DNA of 64,000 nucleotides from Balamuthia mandrillaris (Eukaryota). The position numbers and the translations under genes were made by a program. The stretch lies in assembly GCA_031835245.2 (NCBI GenBank), contig JAVKOQ020000018.1, forward strand, positions 124,001 to 188,000, written 5' to 3'. The notes below the pieces were generated by a model. It had not been told where the DNA came from. It was given only the letters and a program-made list of their open reading frames with translations, and did no database searches. Below, one piece after another: positions 45,904 through 63,295 of this stretch (the stretch's first letter is position 1; every line of letters starts with the position of its first letter).

Positions 45904-46861
45904 TATCCTTCTTCTTCCTCTGGCGATGTTTCACTTTCTCTCTACCTCTCCAGTCTCTTTCTCTCGCCTCTCTAGCTGCTCCTTTCAATCAGTTGCTTTG
46001 CGATGGGTTAAATCGTTAGCGTTCTTTTGGTCACTGGGCTAATCCTGCTATATGGTTATTGTTCTTCTCGTTCTTCTTCTTCGTTTTCTTCTTCTCCCAA
46101 TCCACCCAGGCATCAACCCCGATCGTCTGCTAGACATATCAAAGGCCAAAGGTGCCAGGTTTAACCAAGTTGTCTTTCCCTGCGTGGCTCCCCATTACCA
46201 TCCCATCACTTATCAAGTGGCGCGCCAGCGGTTAGGCATCAAGGAGGTCGTTCCCTCGGAGCAACGGAACAAAGTGGTCTATCTCACTCGTGGTTCAACC
46301 AGGAATGGCAGGAGTGTTACCAATGATGAAGAAGTGAGGTAAGCAAAACTCCCCATCTAACCAAAGCAAACAGAGCCACATACGAACAAACAAAAACTTA
46401 ACAGAACGGCCCTTTCCGCGTTCCTAGCAGACAGAAAGGAGGAACTGGTGGTGTTTGACCTCTCCAGCTTCAAGTCCTTGGACCACGTGATCGACTGGTT
46501 CAACCACAATGCGCTGGCCCTGGTGGGTCCTCACGGCGGCGCCTTCTACAACCTCTTGTACTGCGCCGCTGGCACGTTGGTCGTCGAGTTCTTTCCGTTC
46601 GTCAGGCAGGGGGCAGGGGCCAAGGGGTTGAGGTATCCTGAAGGCTTTTGGTGGCCGTCCGTCTTCTCCGGAATGAACTACTACCAGGTTCGTTCCCGTT
46701 TGTCTCTGTTTGCTTCTTTTTTTCTTTTGGTTTTGAGGCGCTTTTTGCGGAAACAGGCCCCTGTTCAAACGGATGGCTCTGGAAACATGATCATACCCAT
46801 CGAGAAGATGTTGTCCATCCTGGAGAAGGAGTTGAATGCCCTGTCCCGGGACAATAATTGA
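44624..46861 (+). CDS. glycosyltransferase family 61 (DUF563), type II membrane protein, multi-exon
   Basis: N-terminal TM; FQHWIDRGLSKL; VYLTR..RNGRSVTNDEE; LVGPHGGAFYNLLYC..GTLVVEFFP. Confidence 0.82.
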
Positions 46862-47538
46862 ACATTGTAAATATTAATTTTATATATATAATGCTCAAAA
46901 GTGATATTATAGAAATATGAAACCCATGGAGTTGTGGGAAGTGCAAAGTAACAAAGCAAAAAGAAGAAAACAAACGCACCTACAGCAGCAACGCAAACGA
47001 AGAAGAAGAATGTTTCTTTCTCTGAGTCCACATTCACCAACCCGAAAATTCTCGTTATCTCTGTGTCAATTTTTGCCGACATATTTTCCTAAAAAGCGAC
47101 AAATTTGTTCAACATAATAGTTGAAATATACAACAATTTCCTTTTAAAGGTGTACTAACGTCATCAATGTCGACATTAATATAGTTACATGGGAAAAAAT
47201 AAAGTCAAATAAAAAAAATAATTCGAAGAGAGAAAAGAAAAGAAAGACAAAAAAAAAATAATACTTAGTTTTGCGGCTATTGATTTGGCCAAAAGCCGGG
47301 GATCCCTCCCTCTGTTTCTTCTTTCCGAAAGATTGTGTGGTCTTTTTTTTTGGGTAGGGTTTCCATTGAACTCCGTTGTTTGTCTCTTTTATATATATTT
47401 TTTTCCGGTCATTTTGTTTCTTCTCATGTGCGGTAATCGAACTAACATCATTTCTTTCAGCAGTTTTTTGTTTAAAAAAATAACAAAAAAAGAAAGGTGT
47501 AGCGAAAAGGGTTTCTTCTTTTCGCTTGTGGGTGGTGG

Positions 47539-52393
<4,855 letters not shown>

Positions 52394-52606
52394 CAATTGG
52401 GTTGTGTGGCCATAGATGTAAGCATATTTCTTTTCGTTTTTATTTCTTTATCGAGGGTTTTTAAGTTATTTTTTTTTTTTCTGATGTAACAACAATGTAC
52501 CTTTCTTCTAAGCCAAGCTTAAAACTTTTTTATTCCACTTACAAAAAAAAAAAAAATGAATGAATGAATAAAAAAATATCAAAGCAAAAAGATCAAAAAT
52601 GAGATG

Positions 52607-52678
52607 CAGCCCCACCCAGAATCGAACTGAGGGCGCGAGAACCAGAACCTCGCATGTTACCAACTACACCATGGGGCT
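52607..52678 (-). tRNA. tRNA-Gln (CTG)
   Basis: AGCCCCA/TGGGGCT acceptor stem, D arm GTGT-AGTTGGTA-ACAT, anticodon arm CGAGG-TTCTGGT-TCTCG, T arm CTCAG-TTCGATT-CTGGG. Confidence 0.88.
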
Positions 52679-52919
52679 TGGATGCCTCGGGAGACTTTGT
52701 AACGATTCCCGTCTTCGAAGGCGTTAGTTAGTGACTTGAGAAGAGGAGAGACTATTGTTATTGTGAAAATAATCACTTTGATACAATGAAATCCGTATAA
52801 GTGCTTCAAATATGTACAAAAAATTTGAGCATAAAAGAAGAAGGTGAAAGAAAACGTTTGTTTTGGTTGTCAAAAACGGTCCTTCATCTGGATGGAGAAG
52901 CGAAGCAATTGGTATGCTC

Positions 52920-53290
52920 TCTCTCATTGTTGCCAACAGGCAGTGATGCGCTTCGTGAGGCAGGCACATGCATCGCCTCGTGAAGAGGATGCCCTGCATG
53001 GTGGCTCTCTGAACCAAGTCGGTCGTAATCTGCTGGAAGTTGTGGAGAGTAAGTTTGGCGCTGAAGAAAGCCAAAGTACCAGACGAACAAAACAAACAAC
53101 AGAAAATACAAACCTAAGGAGAAAATTACGAGCGACATGGCACAGAAAGACACCATGCAAGGCATCACCTGCACGAGGCGATGCATGCGAGTCTCTGTGC
53201 GACCAACAACGCTGGAGGCAACAGTGGGAGGGACTTCACCAACCCCTTGCTGATCCAAGAAGAAGACCATCCAAACAACAAAAACAAGGC
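52920..53290 (-). ncRNA. long imperfect hairpin downstream of paralogue 1
   Basis: About 52920-53030 is the inverted counterpart of about 53125-53230; arm homologous to 62787-62950. Confidence 0.5.
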
Positions 53291-53310
53291 TTGCTACACA
53301 TGTGCTTGAA

Positions 53311-55111
53311 TCATGTGCGTTCGGGATTGTCACGGTTGTCCTCGTTGCTGCGTTGTGATGGAGTTGTGGGAAGATGAGGAAGATGAGGAGGAATCCGTTG
53401 AAGGAATTCGTCCCCGCCTTCCTCATCAAGCAGACGGTTTAGTGTAGTTGTGGAGAAATATTTTCTGTTTTCGAGGTCACCCTCCACGTATTCCTTTTTC
53501 CCAGCCTCTCTGTAGTCGTAGCGGAAGATTCTTCTGGTTCCGTCTCTCGTTAAAAGGAGAAGGGATCGATATGGTTCTTCACATAACTTTTTTCGTTCGG
53601 GCAAAAGCACCCATTCAACGGAATGAGGAGTGCGTCGAAATACCTCGTTTTCATCGAGAAACAAGTAAAACGGCGTGTTCTTGTTTCTGGCAGAGAGGGG
53701 GTTGTCAGTTTTTCTTCGCTGAGAACAAGAGAGAGAGAGAGAGAGAGAGAACAGAATGAAGCGGGGTCGTGGAGGGCACCTACAATTTCAGTTTTCCATT
53801 CCGTCTAATCTTCTGCAAGTCCCAATAGAGACACCACGTCTCTTGGTTGAAAGTGCCTGCAGTCATTATCAAGTCCTGGTATTGGTCCGCGAATAAGCTC
53901 GTCCACGCCTCTTGTTGTTGCAATCCGTTATAAGACCCTGTCGAAGCAAGGGGCTGTTGGCGAGGTTTTTTCTGATGCGGCTCCTGCGGTTCCTTTGGCG
54001 TAATCTTCCGTGCATCCCAGAGCCCTTTGTCCATCCAATAGGCAAGCTCAGCCGATTCGTAGAGGCGTAGCACGATATCAAGTGTTGGTGTGGGGGCCGC
54101 TAGTTCTTCTGTCATGGCAGGAGAAGACAACATCTCGAACATTCGCTTATCAAGATCACGGTCCTCGAACGCTACCACCGCCAGAACTTTATGTTCGCCG
54201 AAATGAAGGATGATGGGAGTCCAGGGAATCTCCCTCTTCCTCTTCTCCTTCTTTTCCCTCTCGTTCTTTTCCTCCATCGTTTCCTCGTAGCAAAGGCTAA
54301 AAGAAAAGAATGGTACTGAACGCTTATAAGCCTGGGGGGGTTGGGCTGGAACTGCACGCCAACCCTTTGCAGCATTGCCGGAAGCCACTGGTTCGATGAC
54401 AGGAAGCTGAAAATCAACCTGAGATCTTCCACCGATTATCACCACGTCACAAGGGTTTCCAACCTGAACGACAATGAAGTGGTTGAGCTCGCCCACCAAC
54501 ATCCCTGCTGGGAGGGGCCAGAGTCGATGGGAGAGCACCTCAAAGATAGGCCTCTCTTCCTCTTCAACGGTCGAGGCTTGAGGACTGCCGGGCTGGTGGA
54601 GAGTAGCAGGAGGAGTGGTGAATGCAGAAGAGGGAGGAAAGGTAAGTCTTTTGTCTCCGCTTGTCATATCTCCAAAAGTTTGCTCCAACTGGACTGTGGG
54701 GTGTGGCTGTTGGGTCTCGTCGTTGTTGTCAGCGGCGGCGGTGGAGCAGTTGGCCAGAAGAACTGCCTCCAGTCGAGCTGAAGGAGATTCTGGTGGGGTC
54801 AGGCTCAGGTTAGGGCTGGAGGTGGGGTCGAACAGCCTGTCCCCGTGGGCCAGTGGAGGAGAGGCCAACGTGGAGTCATAGGGGGAAGAAGCGACCTCCT
54901 CGTGCAAGGAAGCAGAGTATCCTTCCTCTTCTTCCTCCTCGAAGAACGGAGAGGAAGAAGCAGCAGGTGTCGGCAGGTCAAACCTTTGGGCAACCTCCAA
55001 ACCATCCTCGTCACCCAGAGGATAAAAGGGCTTCAATTCCTCTGGCAGGTCAGTCAAGGAGTCCATCTCAACCAAGGAGGGCAGGCACGACGAGTCGTGG
55101 GAAAGGTCCAT
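53311..55111 (-). CDS. unannotated family paralogue 1 (possible degenerate STAT/SH2-like), 2 exons
   Basis: Shared motifs SHxLWPxP, PW(T/S)PxxLxFG, RDLDxR, W..LF..Q..W..(Y/L)W(D/E); phase-2 intron at about 53690-53782. Confidence 0.7.
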
Positions 55112-55625
55112 GGGAGGCAGGGGGGCGTGTTATTCTTTTGGCTTTTTCGTTTTGCCACGAGAAACATCTCTCTGGCAAACGGCTTCAGTGAAGACGTGTT
55201 CCTAGAAATCATAAAACAAAAAGGAGAGCCTCTGACGTCTTCTTCCGCTTCTTCTTCTTGGTTGTTGCTGCCCCCATGGCTCCAAACCAAGTGAAGAAGC
55301 CGGCCGGCCACAGGATGAATATCTCCTTTCAGGAAGCCTTGTTCTCAACCAGGATGGACGATCTTCAGTTTGGGTTCTTTCAAGAGTGCGAATACCTTCT
55401 GCTTTCCTCCTCACCAGCCTCACGACTTGCGACACTTGATATTCAGCACATAAAAAAACAAGAGGCTGCTGCTGTGGTTGAAATAAACTTTCATGCTTCG
55501 AAGTATGCATCAAACTGAATGCTTACCAGGAAGAAGGCAAAAGGAAAACTAAACAGTGCATGATTGGTCTTTTGAATAAAGAGAGGCTGAATGGAATCTC
55601 GGTTGTCAGGCGAGGGCGACCAAGT

Positions 55626-56850
55626 CTACCTCCTCCGGCGCAGCTCCTTGTCCCGCGCGTCCTCCTTGGCAGTCAACCGCTCGAGATGCACGGGAAGGGA
55701 GTGCTGGGTTGTGATCGGGGTGTAGAAGTGCCATGTCGCCAAGGCAAAGAGCGGGTGAGGGAGGTGAAGTACATCCACCGTGCCATCGGTTCTCAGATGG
55801 ACATTGTCCAGTTCGTCCAGTAGGAGCACCTGATCGCCCAGGTACTGGTACAGCGGAACCAGGCGGTCACGTACCTTGTCGCTAATTTTGGAGTCCCATC
55901 GCAGGGAACAACGGAGGGCATCAAGCTGTTCATGCAGCCTGCGGATGGACAGGCGTATACTGTCGTGGCGGAACTCCGTGGGGTTGTTCGATCCACCATA
56001 TCGGGAGGCCACGCGGCGGTTGGTAAAGGGTTGGAGGGCGAATCTCATGATCCGACGGTGGTGCCTCGATACGACGGTCCTTCCGCTGCTTGTGCTTGAA
56101 TTGCGAGCCGGCGAGGGCGCCTCATCTTCTGTCTGCTTGCCGTCGCTACTGCGTGTGGGTGCGTTGAGCGGGCGTCCTAGCAGCACCACTGTCTCGTCGT
56201 CGGGGTCGTTGTGTTGTTGTTGCTGAGCATCTTCGGCTCTGGGGACGTAATCAAGGTCTGCTGTGTCCGGTGAAGGGGGTTGTCCGAACCAGTGCGCAAT
56301 GAGGGCGTGGCACATAAGTGTGGAGCAGATGGCGGATATTTCCTGGGGGCATGCCAGATCGTGCTGGTGTTCGTTATGGACCCGACGCAGTCTTCCCGTG
56401 AACTTCAGAATGGCTAACAATCGATGTTAGGCGTTTGAGGAGGGTTTGTGCCATGGACTCGTTCCTCAACGTATCGTTCTTCTGCAACACACTGATGTAG
56501 GCAGCGATGCGGGAGGAGTGGGGTTTGAACAGGTTGCGCGGAAGACGGCCGAGCGGATCTTCTAGCAACCACCTCTTCTGATAATCATTCAGCTGGGCAG
56601 GGACGAGGGATTTTACGGCCTCGATGAATATGAGCAGGTGGGACTCGTCAGACGTCATCAGCAAGTGAGGGCTTTTAATTCTGTCTCAGAGTTCGTGAGC
56701 GAAAGGAGGTAAAGGAAGTGGGTTATGAGGTTTTCCTCTTGTGCATCGAAGAGTCGCTGCACAAAGAGCATTACATATCTTAGCGACCCGTTTATGTGGT
56801 CCCATAATCCCTTCAACAGCAAACCGACCGAAATTCGACTGATCGGGCAC
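55626..56850 (-). pseudogene. coding-like intronless sequence broken by about two frame changes
   Basis: Consecutive overlapping minus-strand ORFs (56658-56850, 56374-56664, 55626-56420); no family recognised. Confidence 0.3.
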
Positions 56851-56949
56851 AGAAACGTTACCTTATTTGCACGTTTCTTGCGGTTTTTAGGTATTTGTCG
56901 ACAAGAAGAACACCAACCCAACAACGCGGAAGAACAGGAAGAGGCCATC

Positions 56950-58329
56950 ATGGCCTCCCCACCTACCGAAGTGGAGCCTATGGAAGACAGACCCCACCCT
57001 CCCCGCTCTGCTCTTTCGAGGGTGGAGTCCCATCGTGCTTGGCCTCTGCCCACAGCGGTGGAAGGCTGCACCCAGTTTTATCTCTACTACTGCGGGCACA
57101 GCCAGAAGAAGCCGCGAACGGACCACCAGAGGAGCACCGCCACACCTCCCGACACCTTGGTCCTCTCCCACCTCGCCGGGCCGTCCTCTGCTTTAAGCGT
57201 TGCTACCATTCCACCAACCAAAAAGAACGAGTGGAAGCCCAACGAGGAAGAAGGAGAAGGAGAAGGAGAAGTGGCCATCACGTTGGAGCGAAGAGGAAGC
57301 CCGTGGTCTCCCATTCTGCTCTGCTCCCTGAAAGAGGACGCCCTGCGGGTGCTGCTCCTCCCGTACGACGCCACCAGGGACCTGGACCTACGTACCGAAG
57401 AGCTCCACTGGCAGTGCTTAACGGATGGAGAGCGTCGTTCGTCCACCACTCCCCAAGAGGCCTTGCGGCTCATAATGTCGCCCGCGGTGAACCTTGTTGC
57501 GCAGAGCCCATTGGTGAAGCTGAGAAAGAAGAGGAAGAGAGGAGAAGGAGAAGGAGAAAGCGGGGATGAAAGATGGCGGGTCGAAGACGCCGCAGCTGCC
57601 ATGGAAACGTTGTTTGGAGGAGAGCAAGCTGTTTACTTGGAGAACTGGTTTAAAGGGGAACAGATTGTTAGTAGAATAGCGTGGAGAGAGCTTTGGTACC
57701 GTTTGTGGGATAATCACTCCTTCCTCCAACTCGAAGGGATGAAGTATGGTGCCTTCTCTCCCTTTCTCTCTCTCTCTCTCTCTCCCTCTCTCTGTGTTGT
57801 CCTGCTTTGTTTTTGAACATCTCCTTCTCGTTCTCCTGCTCACTTCTAATCTCTCTCTTCTCTCCCGCTCTCTCTCTTTTGCTCTCTGCAAAGGGCTATC
57901 TGTCGCATCGGGTTCTTCTTTTGGATGAGAGAAGAGGACATTTCCACCTTCTTCCAAACCCATCCAACAGCTTCTCGTGTCATGCTTCCATTGCCAACTC
58001 GCCCGCGCTCGGCCAAACAACGCGGAATATTGGAAGCAAGGAACCCTGCCTTCCACAATAGCCTAGAACCCTCCATCACACATTGGAGTTACAATAGCAC
58101 CCGCCATTGCTTCGTTAAAGCAGGCCACTCAGTAGATGAAAACCCGTTCAGGAATCTTCTTCTCGACATCCAGTTGGAGGATTTGGCATCAAGTTCGTTT
58201 CTTGAGAGCAATTACGTACTGCAGGGGGAAGAGGTGAGCAGCTCGGCGCTGCTTTCCTCTCCTTCCTCACGAGCATCAGACAACTTTGTGACATTCTCCA
58301 ACGGTGTTGGGTCAGGTATTCAACTGTGA
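56950..58329 (+). CDS. unannotated family paralogue 2, 2 exons
   Basis: ESHRAWPLP, SPWSPILL, TRDLDLR, WRELWYRLWD; phase-2 intron then ..FFWMREEDISTFF. Confidence 0.65.
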
Positions 58330-58875
58330 GCGAAGAAGAAGAAGAAGGGTGACGGAACAGAAGAGGGATTGTTGGCTTGGACATCAGTTTGCGTCAAAGC
58401 TCGCTGCGTTTTCTGTCGATGCGTGGCTATGTACCCTCCCTTGTTGGCCTGGTTTCCTAACCTTGCAGCAAGGGAGTGCACATGCTCACGCTTTGACAAG
58501 CTACGAAGCAAGCCTTGGCCCAAGCTTGTGACCACCGGCCGGCCATTGATTGGCCGTCGCATCGAAATTTCTCTTTGTTTTCTTTTCAACAGCTTGCCAA
58601 TGAAAAATCAATCACTTTCATCACCTTCTATCTCATTGGTGAATCTTACGGAGTTAGTTTTTACTTGAAAAGGAAATTTCATTTCGTATGAAACTCCGAA
58701 ATTTTTACGTTTTTTACCATTTTTGGTGAAAACCATCGAAATAACTTTTTTGTTTGCTCCTTTTATTTTTCTTACCTCTGCTTCTCTTTTATTTATTTTT
58801 TTTGCGTAACATACACTTCAAACGCGTGCCACTCCCCTTCGGACAACCCTTTCCACTTAAAAACCAACGACGACA

Positions 58876-60034
58876 ATGTTATGCGCAGTTACCAGCCACA
58901 AAAGCTGGGGTCTTCCTGGTGCTCTCTATGGCTGCACCTCCTTTGTGACCTACTGCTGCGACTGCAGCCTCGACCCTCAGAAAACCGTCCCCAAGGATGA
59001 ATTGCTCATCTTCCTTGCGGGCGACTTTGGCAGGCCTTCCATCTTTTGCTTGGCTGACCCCCAGAGCTCCTTTGTCAACAACTGGGAGTGCCTGGTTACG
59101 ACAGAAGAGGACCCCTTCATTGGCCTTCGATTGAAGCGCCGCAGTCGACGTACCCCTTGGACGCCCCTACTTTTGGTTTTCGGCCAAGGGGAGCAACGTG
59201 TCTTGGTCGTTCCCTACGAGAACTCGCGGGACCTGGACAACCAGCTATGCCTCCTATTCTACCTTTACCTCACCGGGGGCGACCAACAACAACCAGGTGG
59301 CTCCTCTCGCCCCTCTCTGGAGAAAGCCAAAGCGCTGTTTGCCTCGCCCGAGCTGGCTGCCCTCCTCGAGGTCGATTCTTTGGCTGCCTGCCGGCTGGCG
59401 CAAACTAAGAGGAAACCTAGGAAAAGGCAACGCGACGAGTCTGCGGCCTATTTCTGGCGTAGGTGCTTTGAGCAACAAAACCAGCAGTTTGAGGCCTTAC
59501 TGTCCAAAAACCTAACTGGACAGAAAAGCTTTCTAGAACTTTGGCGTCGATACTGGGAAATCCAACAACTGTCAAGAGCGCCTCTCGAGTATGTTTCCCC
59601 TCCGCCCTCTCCCTTTTCTTTTGTTTTTTCCTCTTCTATTTTTGCTCATTACTCACCCGCTCTCGTGAAGAGCCCTAAAACAGAGTTCGGTGATCTTGTT
59701 ATGGCACAAGCCACAGGAGAAAGAAGCACTCAGGGAGTACTTTGCCGACCATCCCAGCCTTCCATGGGTATTGGTTCCTGGCAAACGTAGGCGTGGAAGA
59801 GAGGACTTCTCCTCTATTCTGCGCATCTTCGCGGACGGCCGCCCTATGCAGACCTTCAAGTACGATAAGAAGTTTAGCGACTTTTACCTGCGCAACAAAG
59901 GGCAGCCACCGGTCAGTCTTAACCTGGAGCTGAGTAGTATTGCGGAAGGCGAGGTCAGCGGTGTCTGCCAACAGACCCTCTCCTCATCTTCCACATCTAT
60001 CAGCACCCACCAAAACCCCCTCCCAGGTCAATGA
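58876..60034 (+). CDS. unannotated family paralogue 3, 2 exons
   Basis: TSHKSWGLP, TPWTPLLLVFG, SRDLDNQ, ELWRRYWE; phase-2 intron then ..WVLVP. Confidence 0.65.
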
Positions 60035-61066
60035 CCTTTCTTGCGAAGGTCATGAGGCACAAGGGTTTTAGGTTTGTTTGCGACAACGAACAAAAAGCGG
60101 AGCGAAGCCCAGTTTCTTTTCCAGGAAGGAGAACTCGCGAGAATTGGAAGTATACAAGCGGCGGCATTCCAGGCCTGCCTTTTGGACCGCATACACAGCA
60201 GTACGTGTGTTGCTTGAGAGAGATCAACATCTGCTCTTCCCTCAACGAAACGGTACCCTCCTCTTTTTCTTGCTCTCTCTCTCTTCTCAGCCTAATCACT
60301 TTATTTTTGCCGGACAAAACAGAGGGAAGGGCAGCTGGTGAACTTTCTCCAGCCAACACTTACGGATATCCAACTTGTTGTGACAACCCGAAGGGGGAGA
60401 ACCACGAACTTCAACCGTGGTTTTTTTCTCTCTTGGCTTTTCACGGCGTCGAGCATCGCCCATGTCATTCTCAACAACGGTGCCATGGGCGGTGCAGTTG
60501 GTTGGATGTCTCTCCTGCTATGTGTGTGAGGTGCAAAAGGGGTGACCGGAATGGCGCTCTTTGTGTCCCTCCAACACTCGTCAACACCATCTTCTTTTTG
60601 GGAAACCGGACTTCTCTTGGCTTTTTTTTTCCTTGCAGCAAGCACACCTCTGCTCTGCCTCTTTTTTTTTTTTTTTTTTGCTGCTTTTCTTCACATTTTG
60701 CTTTCCTTTTTAGTTGCTTTTCTACTTTCTTGTTTTTATTCTTTGTCTATAAATGGTCTTTTACATCTAAAATCTGTGTTGTTATCCAAAAATGAACACC
60801 AACGATAGATCCTAGTAGATGACTATGTCTTTAAAAAAGCAAAATGCCAAATTTCTCTCCGCGCTGTTTTTTGTTTTTTTGCCGACCCACCGAAAATTGC
60901 CCCCCAACTGTTTCGTTGGTTTTTTTTTTGCTTTTTCTTTGCGCGCTCACTCACCCAAACGCAGCTTTGGCCCTGTGCTCCCTATTTGCTCCACTCCCCC
61001 CTTTTTCTCCCTTGTGTACTTCCCTTGTCACCCGTAGTAGAAGAAGGACCACGTTTTTTTTCTTCC

Positions 61067-62745
61067 ATGCAATCCCCTGGCAGATCCTCCCAAGAGAACG
61101 AGGCGTTTTACGACCCCCAGCGATTCAGCGAGTGCACCACTTCTCGTCAGGCGGCAGAGGGGACCATCGATCCCGCTCTTCTCAGCTACCAACCGTCTGA
61201 AGCCCCAACGTCCACCAGCAGTGGAGGAGATTCGGACCCCATGTTTTTCCCCACCCTGCAGATCGAGTCCCATGAGCTCTGGCCGTTTCCCTGTGGACTG
61301 ACGTTGCGCGGGCTCGACCACTTTATAGTCGTGCGGGCGGGTAACCCTTGCGACAAGGTGTTGGTCACCAGTTCGCAGGAAGGCCTCCTGCCTCCCCGCA
61401 TCGAGGCGGTTGGGGTGGGGGACGCAGAGAACCGTTGGACTCCGCTCCCAGCCGAGCCACCGGACGACATAAAACAAGTACCCCATTACTGTTTCTCCAT
61501 GAAGCGGAACGAAACTCCATGGAGTCCTGTCATCCTCCACTTTGGTTGGAGCGGCCTTCCAAAAGAGATGCAACGTAGGGTTTTGGTGTGCATGGTAGAG
61601 AATAAACGGGACCTCGATCAACGGACAGGCGAGTTGTTCTATGCTGCGGTGATGGAAACCGTTGGTCAACCACTGGGAAGCCCAAGAAGGCTCGTAGCTG
61701 AGGAACAACAAGGACCTACTACAGACTCATTTCAAGCCGTAGGAAAATCTCTACGCACTCCATCAACAACGGCAGCGGCCAGTTATCTCCTTCCCCCTCC
61801 TGCCCTTGCATCAACGGCAACAGTCTCAACCTTCTCAGCCTCCACCGAAGAGGAAGAGGAGGAAGAAGAGGAAGAGGAAGAGGCATACTACGGATACCGC
61901 AGATTGTTGGAGCAGGGGCGGCCAGGGAGCCAGGGGGTTCTTATTCAACCACCTACGTGGCCCATGCCACCCTCAGCATCAGAACGAGCTGTAGCAGCAG
62001 AGGAAAGTGCTGCTGAGCTTGTGGGGCGACTGCTAGTGTCTGAGGAGTTAGCCCTTTTGCTGGAGAGGGACCTCTACAAAGAGAGGAAGAAAAAGAAGGT
62101 GCCCAAGAGGAAACCAAAGAAGAAAAAACACCGCGCCGAACCGGATCCTTTGCTAGAGATTTGGAGAAGTTTATTCAGGGACCAACGTGAGCAGTTGAGA
62201 CTAAGAGTAGCCGAAAAACCATTCACAAACGAACATTTTACTCACAACTGGTGTCTGTTGTGGGACATGCATATGCTACAACGAGCAGCACTTTTACCTC
62301 TGTAAGTTTTTTGTTCTTCCTATGTTGAGTGTTCTATCTTTATTTATTATTAACATTTCCAACCCCTTTCTTTTTCTCATTTGATAGAAAAAGGAATACC
62401 AAGTTATTCTTGTTCATGACGGAAGAAGAGGGACGAATACTCCTCCAAGACAATTCTTCTGTCAAATGGCTGCTTCTCCCAGCACCAGAAAAAAAACGGC
62501 GTGATGGACTTCGATCTATTCTCCTCTTGAAGCAAGATGGAGGCAAAGCAACCTTTCATTACCACAAGGACAAGAAAAAGTACTTGACAGCTGGCGGCGA
62601 AAAGCTGAACAGTGTGCTGGAAGAACTACAAGCTAATGAGGAAGGCGAAGTCGAACCCCTTCATCAGGGTTTCTCTTCCTCTTCCTCGGTATCATCTTCG
62701 CTAGCATCTATTACGACGGCGGAAGACCCACAACAGCAAGGCTAA
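61067..62745 (+). CDS. unannotated family paralogue 4, 2 exons
   Basis: ESHELWPFP, HFIVVRAGNPCD, TPWSPVILHFG, KRDLDQR, NWCLLWD; phase-2 intron then SH2-like exon. Confidence 0.7.
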
Positions 62746-62786
62746 AGTGAAAGTGAACTGATATTCGTGCACTCGTATGGTGAGCC

Positions 62787-63295
62787 TTGTTTTGTTGTTG
62801 GAAGGGTCCTCCTCCGGGAGCAGCGTGGAGTTGGTAATATCCATCCCACTGTTGCTTGTGATGCGCACAGAGCCTTGCATGCGCCTGCCTCGTGCGGGTG
62901 ACACCTTGCATGGTGCCTTTCTGTGCCTTGTCGGTCGTTGGCCTTCGCTCAAGGTTAGTATTTTTTGTTTTATTCTTATTTTGTCGTTTTTGTTATGTTC
63001 CCCTCGTTGTTTTTCTATCTGTAGTCTGGGCGTCTAGCCTTTACTGTTTTGTTTTTGTTTTGTTGTTGTATTGTTCTTCTGATAATTTTTGTAATATGTT
63101 TTTTTTTTCGCTTCGTACAAAACAACAGTGAGAACGAAGGCCAACGGCCGACAAGGTTCAGAAAGGCACCATGCAAGGTGTCACCCGCACGAGGCAGGCG
63201 CATGCAAGGCTCTGTGCGCATCACAAGCAACAGTGGGATGGATATTACCAACTCCGCGCTGCTCCTCGGAGGAGGACCCTTCCAACAACAAAACA
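62787..63295 (+). ncRNA. near-perfect inverted repeat (arms of about 160 bp, AT-rich loop of about 180 nt)
   Basis: 62787-62950 is the reverse complement of about 63131-63295 with few mismatches. Confidence 0.7.
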
